DNA of 63,967 bases, counting the filler, from Conidiobolus incongruus B7586 (taxonomy: Eukaryota): the NCBI GenBank assembly GCA_000697335.1. It is 10 parts of 10 records of this genome, joined end to end, with 100 filler letters (N's around TTAATTAATTAA, not from the genome) between each part and the next. Parts side by side here need not be neighbours in the genome. Positions count along the whole stretch, not along the records: positions 24,915 to 33,012 come from JNEM01007101.1; positions 33,113 to 34,667 come from JNEM01007102.1; positions 34,768 to 56,330 come from JNEM01007103.1; 7 more parts are not named here. The stretch is one strand, 5' to 3'. The notes under the pieces were generated by a model. The model was not told the origin of the DNA, did no database searches, and saw nothing but the letters and a program-made list of their open reading frames with translations. Every line of letters begins with the position of its first letter. Position 1 is the first letter of the stretch. Shown piece by piece: positions 28,230 through 43,004 of the stretch. The translations under genes and the position numbers were made by a program.

Positions 28230-30087
28230 ACCACCATTAATTAATTATATTAAAGACTTATTGCATTCATAGCAATATTAATTCTTTTATTTATTACACT
28301 TTCATTGATTGATTAATAAACCAATCATTTGAATATTGATAATTTATTGCTATTCACATTTTTATTCTATTCTTGTTAGTTTTGAATATTGATTGTATAT
28401 TAAAAAAATATTATAACTATAGAATATATCAAAATTTTTATTTTGAAAATAATACAAAATTTAATTAGCAAAATGCTTGATCTTTGTTAATAATCATTTA
28501 TTCTTCCAATAAAATTAGTAATTATATTGGCTGATCATATATACTATAAGTTGAGCTCAATACCAATATATAATTCATTTATTGATTCGAATATTAATAA
28601 GAATGATTAATAAAAAAGGAGTTTTCAATGATTAATATTTAACATGTATTGCAAATTATATTAATTAATTATTACAATCTTAAATTTATTTTTTTAAAAG
28701 TAATGTATGCTTTATTCAATTGAGTTTTAAAATTTATTAATATTTTGATAAATTGTATTTTTAATATTATATTTGATGTATATTACATATATTTAAAGTT
28801 CAACACTTCAAAATAAACCTAAATGAGTTAGTATTGATTTGATAACTATTTGAAACATTTGGTTGATATTCGTTATTATAATATTTTAAAGCTGAACAAA
28901 GAAATTATGTATATATTATTTCAAAAACTTTAAATTTATAAAGTTATTAGCGAAAGAATTACAAGTAATTATTAATTTTAACTTAATAACCATTGATTCT
29001 GAAAGAACTAATATGCTATTAAATACATATAACCTAATTAACAAATTGTTAAATTAAAAATGAGCTTATTTCGATCATTTAATCAATTAATTAATTAATT
29101 AATTAAATAGCCTATCAATTAAATGTTATCTCTTATATTAAATACTTGTTCCATCATTAATTTTCATCATTATGACAACCTTAATAATTGATATGTCGTA
29201 TTATTTAAACTATTTAGCACAATTTAAAAGTAATAAATTAAAAATCAATGCTACCTGCTATTGTGCAATATTAATCTGTAGCCTGTGATCTTCTTATCAA
29301 TTGCTGTATATCATATTATTGACAAATATATAAGAATAGATTTAATAAATCAGTTCTCTCTGCCGCAAATAATTAAATATATTGAATTTGCAATATTTAT
29401 AACAAAATATTAATAGATTTGATCAACACTACCACCCAGCCATAGATAGTCTTTTCACCTTAAAAATAACTTTTTAACTTGAACCACCAATCACAAATCC
29501 TCATTATTCAATAGGTAATTAAAATTTCAATTCACTTGGCACAACATTGCAAATTTCATAAAAATATGTCACCATCAGAACCTTAAATGGCAATTTCAAA
29601 CAATTGGTCTTTTTGCTCTATTCCTTGATAGTATTCATCTGGAGTAATTATTCATTTATTACCAAGAATGAAATTAAGTTTCAATAATTATTTAGTTAGT
29701 CATAATTCATCTATATCGAGTGAAATCATTATTAACTAGAACCAGTGAGTTAGGGATGATTACCAATAATTAAATTAGCTCAACATCATCAAAGGTAATT
29801 GTTTTGCCCCAAATGGATCACTCTCGAAACTCTAAAACTTATCCATTTAATTGATTGGCTCTTCATCCAATTGATTCATCACATAAAATCGATTACAAAA
29901 TAGTTCGATAGGTAATTGCACCATTTGGAATTAATATTAAGATCATAATGTTGCACAAAACTTATCACAAAAGTTATAATTGTGTAATTTTTCCTAATAT
30001 TGCAATGTTTTAAGGTATTTAAGGAAGAAATTGCCTCATAGTTTCATTTTATTTTAACAAAATATAAATTCATCTTAAATAATACAA

Positions 30088-30744
30088 ATGCTCGCTATAT
30101 CAAGGGAACACAGTATACCTCTACATAAAAGCCAATCTCAAGTATCACTTGCAGCCTCATGTTATAAAAAGGGCAGATCTACTATCCCTACCCTTGGATT
30201 CTATATATCACCATTTGGTATAATCACTAAAGTCAAAGTCCTAACGCCTAATTCAAAACTCAGATCTCATCACTACCAAAACATCCTATATCATCCAAGC
30301 TTTAGGTACATTCATTCAGATGACATATCTGTCTTTTGTCACTATCTTGAAAGAGCTAGTATTGATGATACATTTGTCAAGTTTACAATCAGGTGGTCAT
30401 CAGAAGCCATTCTACCCAAGAGAAGCAACCATGAAATCAGTTGGGTCACTTTGGACTGTATATGTGATAAAGATCATACAAACAATAATATTCTCTGCGT
30501 TCTAGCGCCTCCTAAAAACACTGTTAGTCTTAGAAATCTTCCTACTTCAATTCAAACAGCCGACACCGAGGCTACATCCGAGCTACTCAATTCTCTCATA
30601 GAAGAATCAAGTGTTTTTCAGAGCAAATATCTGGATTCAGCAAGATCAGAAACACCTGTCTCGCTCATAGAAACATCATTGGACGAGTTCAAAGAATCCT
30701 GGATTAGTGATATTTTCCACTCCATCCTATTCAGTATTTATTAA
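30088..30744 (+). CDS. 218-aa intronless protein with a probable PAS-like fold
   Basis: Clean ORF. FYISPFGII...FRYIHSDDISVFCHYL...FTIRW...ISWV...ILCV resembles the PAS 'iHpdD' helix and beta-sheet pattern. TATA-like TATTTAAG at ~30016. Confidence 0.6.
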   Translation: MLAISREHSIPLHKSQSQVSLAASCYKKGRSTIPTLGFYISPFGIITKVKVLTPNSKLRSHHYQNILYHPSFRYIHSDDISVFCHYLERASIDDTFVKFTIRWSSEAILPKRSNHEISWVTLDCICDKDHTNNNILCVLAPPKNTVSLRNLPTSIQTADTEATSELLNSLIEESSVFQSKYLDSARSETPVSLIETSLDEFKESWISDIFHSILFSIY

Positions 30745-33112
30745 AAATGGGCCTTATAGAATGAAGACCAGTTTATCCTGTTAATAAAACAATATTTAAC
30801 AATAATTAATGTAATTTAACCTATTAATGCCTAAAGTTCATACTCATCATTTTTTTTCATAATTCCCACAGTTTGGATTGATTCAAGCATTATCAAAAGA
30901 TATATAATATTGATTAACAACAAATAGTCAATAATATCATATAATTATACAAAAAAGAGGACTGCGAATTTAGAGATATATAATTATTAATCATTTCTTG
31001 TCATAATATATATTAATAATTAAATTAAATTTAACCAAATAAAATATAGGCTATTGCACTGTATTAGGTAAATTAAAACAGAGTTAATTTGAAACGAGCG
31101 TTTTACAATATTTCATATTTTTACATCATTTTACACTCTAAACAATAAAATTTGTCTAAAAAAACAGCGTAATATTTTCAATTAAAAATATTTTCATGTT
31201 AATTTTTTTAAAAAACTTCTCTTTGAAAAAGATAAAAATTACTTTGATAACTATTAAAAGTCTTATCAAATTAACTTTATCAAACAAAAATTATGATTTC
31301 AAATTTAGCAAATATCTATCAGGAATAAAATCAAATTTACTAAAGTTTTTAATCATTAAAATTATAGTGTCAAATTATTTAATCATATTCAAACTTTGGT
31401 TATTAAATTTCTTATATGAAAAGTTGGTGATACTTAAATATTAATATTTAGCAGATATTTTGACTATCAAAAAATATTTTTAATATAAGAGAATATACTT
31501 TGAAGGAAACATTAATTGATTTAAGTTTCTACAATAGTTATCTAACAGTAATTATTGGAAACTTTTTAGGAAAATCTATAGATAAGGTTACCATTTTAAA
31601 TTCAATATATTACTAATGAGTTAATTAACAGAATAAGATAAATGTAATATCTTACTCCATTTTTATCAGATGTAATTTAATCAGATTAATAAAATAGACC
31701 CTTTTTAAAAGATACCGAATATAGTGGAGTTTTCACATTTAATAGAATACAACTGAAAAGAGATATAAATTTTAATATTTTAAGTTACAAAATAGCATAT
31801 AGTAAATAAATATATATATAGGATATTCTATAATTAATGATTATTTTTTCATATTAATTTTATAAATTAAATATTTATACTCATATTATAAATATCGTGG
31901 TATATAATATCAAAATACTGAAAGAGTTTTTTTTATCAAAATATCCATTACAATGTCACCATTGGATTTGTATTTTAATGAATTTACTCTGTGTACAACA
32001 GAACAAGTATTTAATCTGACATAAAATATCTAGATATCAGAGATAAATTCAATACTTGAATTTATTATGACTATATTGATATATTCTATGAGTCATTGCC
32101 CTAAAAGTCATATCCATTTTTACCAATTTTCGATTACATTTTTATTAAGAGTATTAAAGAGTTTATGTTAATTAATTAATTAAAAAAACATATTAATTAC
32201 AATTTCAATTATATATATGGAATAGCCAAATGAATTAAAGTTTGATCAATTATCCTTTAATAAAAATATATAAAATAAATTGATTATTTTATTTTTTTAA
32301 TATCATTACTTTAAAATCATTTAGACATATATTCTTGATTAAATCAAAATAGTGAATTAAAACATTTATATATTCAATAAATATTAATATTGAATTATTA
32401 ATTATTCAGAAATATATAAGATTTATAAATAGTATTCTGAAACTAATTCTGGCTTTCTCCATTCTACATGAATAAGAATATATTTATGTAATTGATATTA
32501 TTAAACTATCCTTTTGTAAAATAAACAATCAGTCAAATACTTCAAGTCAAAAGTCATATCACTATTGTTTTAGTTTCACTCAATGAATTACCTGGAGATA
32601 ACTCACTATCATATAGATTAAACTCAACTTCCCAATCTAATTTTTATAATTTGATTAAAAGTCTTTGATATGATTGCTTATATAACTAGTTTATTCCTTT
32701 GATTCATATATAAAATATACCTTATTTATCAAATATACAGATATTTAAAATAATTAAATAATAACATAAATAAATCAAAATTATATTATATTTTTTTTAT
32801 TTTTTTTTAATAATTTTATCAAAAAAAAACAAAGATAAAAGCTAATATATATTAATATATTAGATAATTTTTATAAATATTATTTTATATTTTAAATAAT
32901 GGGAATTATTTATAATTCAAAATAAATTAATAATTTTAATATATAATATATAAAAATAAATATATAATTCAAATTTAATTGTTTTTTTATCATTAATAAC
33001 TTTTTATAATATNNNNNNNNNNNNNNNNNNNNNNNNNNNNNNNNNNNNNNNNNNNNTTAATTAATTAANNNNNNNNNNNNNNNNNNNNNNNNNNNNNNNN
33101 NNNNNNNNNNNN

Positions 33113-36100
33113 GTTATACTATTTTTATATTAAGTTTTCCTCTATATTATATTAGTATTTAATACTATACTTATATAATAACAATAATAAAACTATTAAA
33201 AACTTATTAGAAATTAATAATTACCTATATTAAATTTATTTATTATTATTTTAAATTTTATTTATAACCTATTTTATTTTAATTTAATATTATACACTAT
33301 AATACTATTAAAAAAAAGATATCCTTATATTATTTTAATAATGATAATAACCTAATTACTAAGTAAATCTAAAACTTTAAGCTTTAAAAACTTATTACCC
33401 TTTAAAAAGCTTATATTAAATAACTTTTGGTTAAGAAAAATATAACTCAAAAAGCTTAAATCCAACAAACTAATTATTTTACTATAGTTAATATATTAAA
33501 CTATTTCTTTAGTGTTTTTAAAAACAAATTAACTATTTACAATAGTTTTAAAAACCTCTACAAGCTTAAAAACTATTTTAAAAATATAAAGAATAATCTT
33601 AATTTAATTTATAATGAAAATTTAGAAAATATCCTTAAATTAATCACTTTTTTTAGAAAAATCTACTTACATTTGGTAGTTAACTTATTATAAATTTAAT
33701 CCTAAAAAGTTTTTAGGGGGATAACCTATTATAAAAATACAAACCTTTAAAAAATTAGAAAAAGCTTTTAAAAAAAGGTATTACCTAAAAAATTAAGTTT
33801 AATTAACAAAAGAAAAGCTTTCCCAACTTAAATAAAAAACTTCTATAAAGTAATTAATTAAAAAATTTAATAAGATATATTTAAATATATTAAATATCAC
33901 TAAAGAATAACAAATGTATAAGTTATTATAATATTTTAATCCTCAAGTAAAACTTTAGTTAATTAATAAAAAATATTTTGATAATTTATTTTTTTAACAT
34001 TTGTAATATAGTAATTATAATTGATAATAGTTTTTACTCTATAATTAAATCTTTTTACCTTAAAAATTAATCTTTTAAAACTTACTTTAGCCTACTTAAA
34101 TTTTAAATAATAGATGTTTCTACTTTAAAACTTTATGAGAAAACCTTTAATAAAGAAGTTAAAGCTTACTTGAGAATAAATAAAAGTTACTATTATTGTT
34201 AAAAGATATAGGTTAATTATAAAGTTAATAAATATCTTCTTAAAAAGAAATATTTGTTTAATTCTCAACAATTTTAATCTACCAATTATAAATCAAACTT
34301 GAATAATATTAATATTACCTTAAAATCACCTCTTTTATAATTAGTTAGCAGATTCTAATTTAATCTACAAAAGTTTCAATAAACTAATAATTCTACAAAT
34401 TAATTTATATATACTAGAGAAATCCAATTAATTAAATTATTAGAAATTAAAAATATTTTAGTAATTAATTTACCTTGTAATTCTTTACCTTTAATTATCA
34501 CTTTATTATTTATTTTATCTAGATATTTTATAGATATACTTGTTAATGTTTTAATTAACTTTAGTTATTCTAGTTGTATTATTCCTTCTTTTATTATTAT
34601 AAAATTATTTTTACCTACTAAAAAAAAACAGCTTAATATTTAAATATGCTAATAATTTAATTGAATANNNNNNNNNNNNNNNNNNNNNNNNNNNNNNNNN
34701 NNNNNNNNNNNTTAATTAATTAANNNNNNNNNNNNNNNNNNNNNNNNNNNNNNNNNNNNNNNNNNNNTTTAATTGAATAAATATCTAATATTATATTTAA
34801 ATATAAATCACTACTTTTTAACTACTTTCAATATATTAATTTCTTAATTAATAACATTAGTTATAATTTTATACTAGGTTAAAATTAGTTTGAATATTAC
34901 ATTCTTTTATCAATAAATATTACTCTAAAAGGTTACAACTCTATTTTATTTATATTCTAAAAGAAATTAGTTGAATTAATCTTAAAAAATTTATATTACC
35001 CTATTATAAAACCATTAAATACTTTATTTAATACTAACTCTACAATTGTATTAAATAATTCTATTATTATAAACAAAAACTAATATAAAAAACTTATTAA
35101 AAACCTTAATAATTTATAAAGATATATATCTATTTATTATTTATCTATTAATACCTTATTTGTTAATTTTAATAAAGTTATAATTAATAATCATTTCTTA
35201 TATAATATAATAAGTTAATTTGCTAATGTTTTTAAATTTATAAGTAGATTACCTTTTAAATATAATATTAAACATAAAATTAAACTTCTCTTAAATATAC
35301 AACTATATTTAAAGCTTACTTATCATTTATCTCCTGAATAATATTAAACTTTAAAAGAAGAAATCTAAAAATTACTTGAAAATAGGTATATTAAATTTTT
35401 TTCCTTATTATAAAAATCTCTTATCCTCTTTATACAAAAAACTAATGATAGTTAAAGACTATATATTAATAACTATATTTTAAACTCTAAAAATATTAAG
35501 GATAAAACTTTATTATTAAACCTATATGAGGTTAAGGATAAACTATTTAAATCTACTATATTTACTAAATTAGATATTAAAAATAGTTATTATAATATTA
35601 AAGTTGAAGAAAATTTTATTCCTTTAATTACTTTTAATATTTTATTAAACCACTATAAATTTACTGTTATTAACTTTAGATTATATAATACCATTGTAAC
35701 TTTTACTTAATTTATCAATTCTTTTTTTAACCTTGTTTTTAATAGCTTTATTATTACTTATTTTAATAATATCTTAATTTTTTTTAAAAACTAAAGAAGA
35801 ATATATATAATATATAAATTAAATCCTACAAATTATTCAAAAATATAAATTACTTCTAAAGTTATTAAAATATATTTTTAGTATCTCTTCTATCTTTTTC
35901 TATAGTTATATTGTTTCTTAAAGAATTAATATTGATTTAACTAAACTTAATAGTGTAAAAGTTTTTATCATACTTATAAACAAAAATTAATTTATGTTAA
36001 TATTTAAATTATTAAATTACTTTAAAGATTTCATTGATTCTTTTGTTGAAATTATAACTTCTCTAACTAATCTTTTAAGAAAAACTCTTTTTTTGAATAA

Positions 36101-38599
36101 ATCCCATTATATACTTTTTACATAAATGTTTTAATTTTCTATATTACCAATGTTTTTATTTTATCTAATTTTAATCTTAAACTATTTATTATTATTTCTA
36201 CTAACTTTAATTTTTTTATAATTAGTAGATAATTAACTTAATTTGAATTAAATTTATATTTTACCTTTTAACTATAAGATAAAATAGTAAATAAAGAAGA
36301 ATAAGTTAAGTTTAACTTTATAAATATTATCTTAACACTTATAACATTCTAATTGAGAAAAATAAAGCTAGCTAAATTAAAATACCTAGTTTATAAATAA
36401 AAACTTTTATTTTAGTAGAAATAATTAAAAATCATTTATATTTCTTGTTTTACAACTTTTTCTTAAAACTTATAGATTATAAATTACTTATCTACTTAAA
36501 CACTTAAAAGTATTTATTAACAAAATAAGTTAAATAAATTAAAACTATCCAAGCTTATTTTTTCTTTATCTATTATCTCTTAGATTAATAAATTATATTA
36601 TAGATACTTTGTTAAAAAATCTTATATATTTATCTTTATATTTTAATTGCAAAAACCTAGCAGATTTTAACATAATAATTATTAATAAAGGAAATAAAAG
36701 ATTTATTAAACTACTTTAAGAAATACTATTAAATAATAATTTTTTTATTTTAATTAAAGAAAAACTTTTTAAACTATTAGAAAACTAATTAAAATATGTT
36801 AAAAGATTTAAAATCATTGATAACTTACTATATTATAATAATTATTTATATATCCCTAATATTTTTAAGATTTAATAAGTAATATTTAATGATTATTATA
36901 ATTTACTTATTAGAAAATATCAAAACTAGTTAAAAACTGCTGAGAGAATTAAAATAAAATATTACTAACTTTCTTTAGTTAAATTAATTTAGAAATACAT
37001 TAATACTTATGATATATGCTAAAAAACTAAATATAATACTTAACTAAAATATAATAAACTTATTCCCCTATAAGTTTCTAATTAAACTTAATAACAAATC
37101 TAACTTAATTTTATAAAAATCTTTATATCAACAACTAATTATAATAATTTATTAATTGTAATTGATTTATTCTCTAAATATATTTATTTTATTCCTTGTT
37201 TTAAAACTTCTATAACTAAAGATATTACAAAATTATTATTCTCTAATATTTTTACCTATTATAGAATTCTACAAACTATTATATCTAATAGAGATATGTA
37301 ATTCAACTTTTAATTTTAAAAGTTATTATCTTTATCTTTTAAGATTAATCTAGTTATATTTACTATTAATCATTATTAAATTAATAAACTTATTGAAAAA
37401 ATTATTAAAACCTTAAAGAAAATAATTAAAGTTTATATTAACATTAATCAGTTAAATTAAAATACTTATATCTACTAACTTCAATATTTATTCAACACCT
37501 CTATCAACAAATCAACAGGTTTTAACCCTTGTTTCATTAATTATAATAAATATCCTAACTTAATAATTGCTTTAAAATTTTAAATTAATATATTTTTAAA
37601 TGTTGTTGAATTTTAATCTAATATTAAACATATTAATTCCTTTGTTAAATTTAAGTTAGAAGAAAATTAAAGGATTATAGAATAACAATATTCAAAGTTA
37701 TCTAAGAATACTTTTAAATATAAAACTAGTATATTTGTATACTTAAAATAATTTACCTTTATACCTACCTTACTTAAATCTAGCTTAAATCTAAAATACT
37801 TGCTATTATATTATAATCCCTATAAAATTTAATTTATTAATTTAAATTTTGAAAATATTACCTTAGAATTAGTTTTAACTTTAAAGATTAACTTTACCTT
37901 TTACATATCTAAAATCAAACCTTATTTTAAAGATTTTGATACTTTTCTTGATTAATTAAAAGTTTTAAAACTAGATTTAATTATTAATTAAAATAAAGAA
38001 GAAGAATACTATATTAATTATATAATTAAATCTAAATCTATTAGGAATAAGCTTTATTTTTATATAAAATAGATAAGTTATCTTATTGAAGAAGTTATAT
38101 AAGAACCTCTAGAAAATATTAAAAATACCTTAGCTTATTATACCTATTTATAAAAATCTAAGGAGTGTGTCTCTTTTAAGAAACTTATTAGGGAAGTATT
38201 AAAAGACTAATTTTTTAAATTTTTATATATACTTTCATATAATTTAATTAACTATAAATTATATAATTAATTTATATTTTTATAGCTAAATTAATTATAT
38301 AAATAATATTGAATTATTTAATAAACTAAATTCCTCTTTTTCTTCTCAATTCTTACTATTCTTTACCTTTTCACTATTTCTAAGATTGAAACTATATCTT
38401 ATCAATATTATAGTATATTAACACTACCCAATATAAATCTTAATATATCAGTGACTTATCCCAGTTTAAAGCTTAATTAAACTTTATTTATATTTGCACA
38501 CTATAGCCACATTATAATACCATGTTCTGTGTCACATTATTCTTATATTAAGTCTTCCTCTATATTATATTGGTATTTACTACCATGCTTATAATATAA
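33113..38599 (+). mobile_element. Ty3/Gypsy chromovirus, degenerate; 5' LTR truncated by a gap
   Basis: 5' LTR end 33113-33183 matches ~38531-38599; 3' LTR ~38197-38599 follows PPT AGGGAAG. Relics: protease ~34550, RT ~35270-35800 (Y.LSPE, S(P)ILF(V)QK, YFNNILIF for YxDD), integrase with (G)PY and FHISKIKPY ~37810-37925, chromodomain EEEYYI..II...YFYIK(W).(G)Y...(TW)EPLENI ~37998-38125. Confidence 0.9.
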
Positions 38600-41195
38600 T
38601 ACTTTAGTATAAAAATAAATTAAAAATAGTATAATAGTATAATTCCTATATATAGTCAATATACTTATTATATATTTGTATATAATGATTATTAGAAATA
38701 AAAACTAGTAATTATAAAGAATTGATAGGTATGATATTAAATCTCAAGAAATAATAATAATTAGTATTAAAAAATAATAAGATTTAAGAGAAAAAAAATC
38801 ATATTTATTGATTCAATTAAGGGTATTTATATTATTAGATTATTTAAATAATGGGATTATATATATACTAGGTTTAGATACAGATTTTAATATAAAAATA
38901 GAAAATTAGTTTAATTTTAATAAATAATAAAATATTATAATTTGAGAACTAGCCACTTAATAAGTTTTTTGAATAAATATTTATAATATATTTTATATTA
39001 ATTTTAAATTCCATTTATAAAATTAAATGCAATACTTAATAAAGGATAAAGAACTTTGATTTAAGTTAATAATATATAATTAATATATATAAATATTATA
39101 TTGATAAGTTAAGAGTATTTAAATTTTAATACCTTTTATATAAAAATTATTAACTATTTAATATTGAGAATTTCTGAATTTTTCAATATTTAATATTATT
39201 ATAAAATAAACAAATCATTAATATATAGTTTTAAAAAATATAATTCATTATGATAAACTAAGATTAATAATAATTTGACACTATTATTGATTAATTTGAA
39301 TTTCTATTAATATAAATTTTAATTTGTTTAATTAAAGTTTAATTAATAATATATAATATAAAAAATACTTAGATATTTCAAAGTAATATATATAATAATA
39401 TTTTTGTATTTTGATAAAATATGAATATTTGACAATTTGCTTAAACAAATATAAATTGAAGGCCAATCATAATACTTTATTTTAAACACCACTTTAATTA
39501 TATATTATCAAAGTATTTTTAAAATAATTTTTTTTCAATTATCCAATCATTTTAATTTTAAAAAATTTTTAATATATTAAATCAAAATTACCATTTTTAT
39601 AATACCAGTTATTATCAAAATATTGAAACAACGAATAAATTAATAGAACCATTTATCAGTGATAACTTAATTTTAAATAATGGTTTTATAGATTAGGTTT
39701 TATAATTAATTTTAATATAGAAGTACACTTCACTTATTTCAAATGGAATATATATTAAGATTTCTTTCTCATTAGCGTTTATTTATTTCTATTATACAAA
39801 AAGTTTTAATAGGACTAAATATAGTCATATAAAAAAAGTTATTTGAGAACCATTACTTCTAATTTAATTTTCATATATATATGATTGTTGAAATTAAGGG
39901 CTTGGAAATTTAAATATGATACCCATAATCTAGATCGTTGAATGATATGAAATATTTTTATATTATCAAAGCCTCTTTTTAATTGTTATATATTTCATTT
40001 ACTATAATAGAAGGTTTATTTTTTGATTTTTGGAAAGTATAGATTGTGAAAAAAATAAATATTGAACAAAGAGTAAAAATGATTTACAATAAGTCTCAAT
40101 TATTTGATATATGTGTTCTAACATGGTTGAAATGGATTAACCTTGGCTGTTTAAAAACATTATCTGAACTATTTTTTAAGTTTGATTATTATTCAAATTA
40201 ATAAGTTCCACCTATTTACAATTCGACTGTTCCTTAGGATGAAAAACAATTACTTTTCAATTTTACTTTCACAGAATTTGAGTTCTTTTATTCATGCCAC
40301 ATAATCAATAAGTTGAATAAAGTAAAATCTTTGCATTGCTTAATAAATTAAAAAACTTGTGACAACAAGTTTTAAAGACTGTTTTATATTGCTTAGAAGT
40401 GGTGAAACTGTATTGTGGTAAATTTCATTTGAATTTACATAATTGTAAAATATCAAAAATTTGTCAAAGGCATGGTAAACTATTTTTCCAAGATTTTAGG
40501 GTTAGTATACTAAATGATAAGGCGTGGTTTCAAAGTGGAATTAAGTATTGGGTCCTGCTGATAGGCTATTATAATAAGTCAAACTGAATAAGGTATATTG
40601 AAGGCTATAATTGTGGATATTTTTTATGTATATTATTTTTTGAAAGATTATGGGGAATATATCACTTTTGGTAAAATATACGCCAGTTATATTAACCGTA
40701 ATAATCACAAATATACATTATATTGATTACATTTAAGCAGATATTATACCAAAATTCAATGTATTATATATATATATTTATATTTATATACCATAAGCTT
40801 TACATTAAAGAGACAATCAAATATATAAATATATATGTATTTAAAATTCAAAATATATTATTGGTTCAAGATATATGATATCAATATTTAATTCTCAAAA
40901 AAAAATAAACTATTAGAAGGAGAATACTTAATTTAGTTAATAAAGTTATAGTTTTCTTGCATATACACTTATATACCAGTATAATAATCTATAAAACTGA
41001 AATTAATTAAACTTGTGGTACTTGAATTGACATTTCATTAATTTGAGAATTTTTCTATAATTTATGGTTATATTCAATGTAGTAAATTACGCCAAAGGTT
41101 AAACTATTCAATTTGTCATAGGTAACTTTGGCAAAATAAAAAAAATTTTTAATTGAATTTTATACCAAAGCTTAAAAAAAATAGATTATTTCATT

Positions 41196-41226
<31 letters not shown>

Positions 41227-41529
41227 TTCATTGTATTAAAAGAAATGGTTTAACACTGAGTTAATATTAATAGATCACATTTATCTAAAATATTTAATCT
41301 CATCTCCAACACTAATCTGGTAAATAATGTAATGATGTAATATTGTAAAGTGTGTTTTTGGTAACCGAGATTTGGCTAATATAAAAATTTCAAAGTCACC
41401 ATATATAAGGTTAATTGATATAATAGCCATTATCTCTCTTTGGCGTATTGGGAAATTAGCTAAACAATAATATAAAGGGCTGGTGTCCATAAGATAATAT
41501 CTATAATTTTTACTTTTAAAATATTCAAT

Positions 41530-42184
41530 ATGAAATTGAATTTAGTTTATTTCGGTTTGTTTTTTAACTTATTCCAATTGCAGCTGGCTGCATCTTTGGG
41601 AGAAGTTGGAATAAACCCTAAATTGGCTGCTATTCTTGAACCTGGATGGGAGAATATTCAAGTCAATGCTAATGATTTTACTCATGATTCAAAATCAAAA
41701 AAAGTGTAAGTGAATTATATATCTGCTGAAGTTGATTTCTAACCGTTTTTATAGTCGACGAAATGATTATGACCGCTCATTATTTAGTTTGGACAATCCA
41801 TACCGTAAATTTAATGTAAACAAAGTATTAGAAATGGTAAATGATATTCGCGCAAGAAATGGTGTCGGACCCCTTACTTTAGATAAAAAATTATATTACG
41901 TTGCTATGAAGCATAGCTGGGATCAATCAAGGCAGGGAGGAGGATGGACTCATGTCAGCTCAGATGGATCAAGCCTGCGAGATCGAGTACAAGCAGTTGG
42001 AATAGATTATAAGTATGCTGGTGAGTGTGTAGGTCTTGGCTATGATAGTCTTGAGGAAGCTATGAATGCATTTATCCAATCTGAAGAGCATTTTAAAATC
42101 CTTGTTAATCCCGAATCTAGTGTATTCGGTGCTGGGTATTGGAGAAGATATTGGACATTAAACTTTGTTGAATACCAACAGTAA
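41530..42184 (+). CDS. Secreted CAP/SCP (YkwD-like) domain protein, exons 41530-41705 and 41755-42184
   Basis: Signal peptide MKLNLVYFGLFFNLFQLQLA; 49-nt GTAAGT..TAG intron; VN.IRARNGVGPL.LD..L...A.KHS.D...THVSSDGSS..DRV...G....AGE....S..H...L.NP....G.G....YWTLNF. Confidence 0.9.
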
Positions 42185-43004
42185 TAGAGATATACTACTA
42201 ACAATAAATTTCAATATTTAATCATTTCAACAAAATTAATTGTTATACAATATAATATTTTAGTATTTTCAATATGAAACACACAAAATTTTTGAGTTTA
42301 GCATTGTTTCTGAATGGAGTTTGATATATCACTAAGATTATATTTATATATTAAAGTTACATTTCAACACTATTTTTTAAATATCTATATATTAAATACT
42401 TTATCGCTATTAAACTACAAGATTTGAAATCGATGATTATTACATAATATTAAAATACAAAATTGATTATGAAACAGATAAGTAAACACTTATAAAATTG
42501 ATTATATTCATTTTATTTTAGTATATGATAAGTATTGATATCTAATAATTATAATATTACCTTTTTTGAAAAATTTATTATCAAATATATATATATATAT
42601 ATTTATAATTCAAATATAAATATTAAATTTATTGAATGATAATAAATATGATTTAAATACGATTACATATTAAAATATTATGAATTATAACTGGAATTAA
42701 CCTTATTTCAAATGATCAATTTGTTTTGATGATTTAATTATAAAGAGATAAAAGACTGAATTCTTGGAACAAGTCGATGTAATATGATTTGATTAAATTT
42801 ATATTATAACAAATACAAATCAATGGTTGATTAAATAAAAATATCCTTGTAATTGGACAGAAATTATATTAATTTAATAAAATGCTAGCATTTTAATATC
42901 TAAAAGGAATATAATATTTATAGTGAAATTATTATTTTATGAGGATTAAAGACACAATTAGATTAAATAATTTTAATGTTTTTTTTCATTTTAAAACTGA
43001 AATA

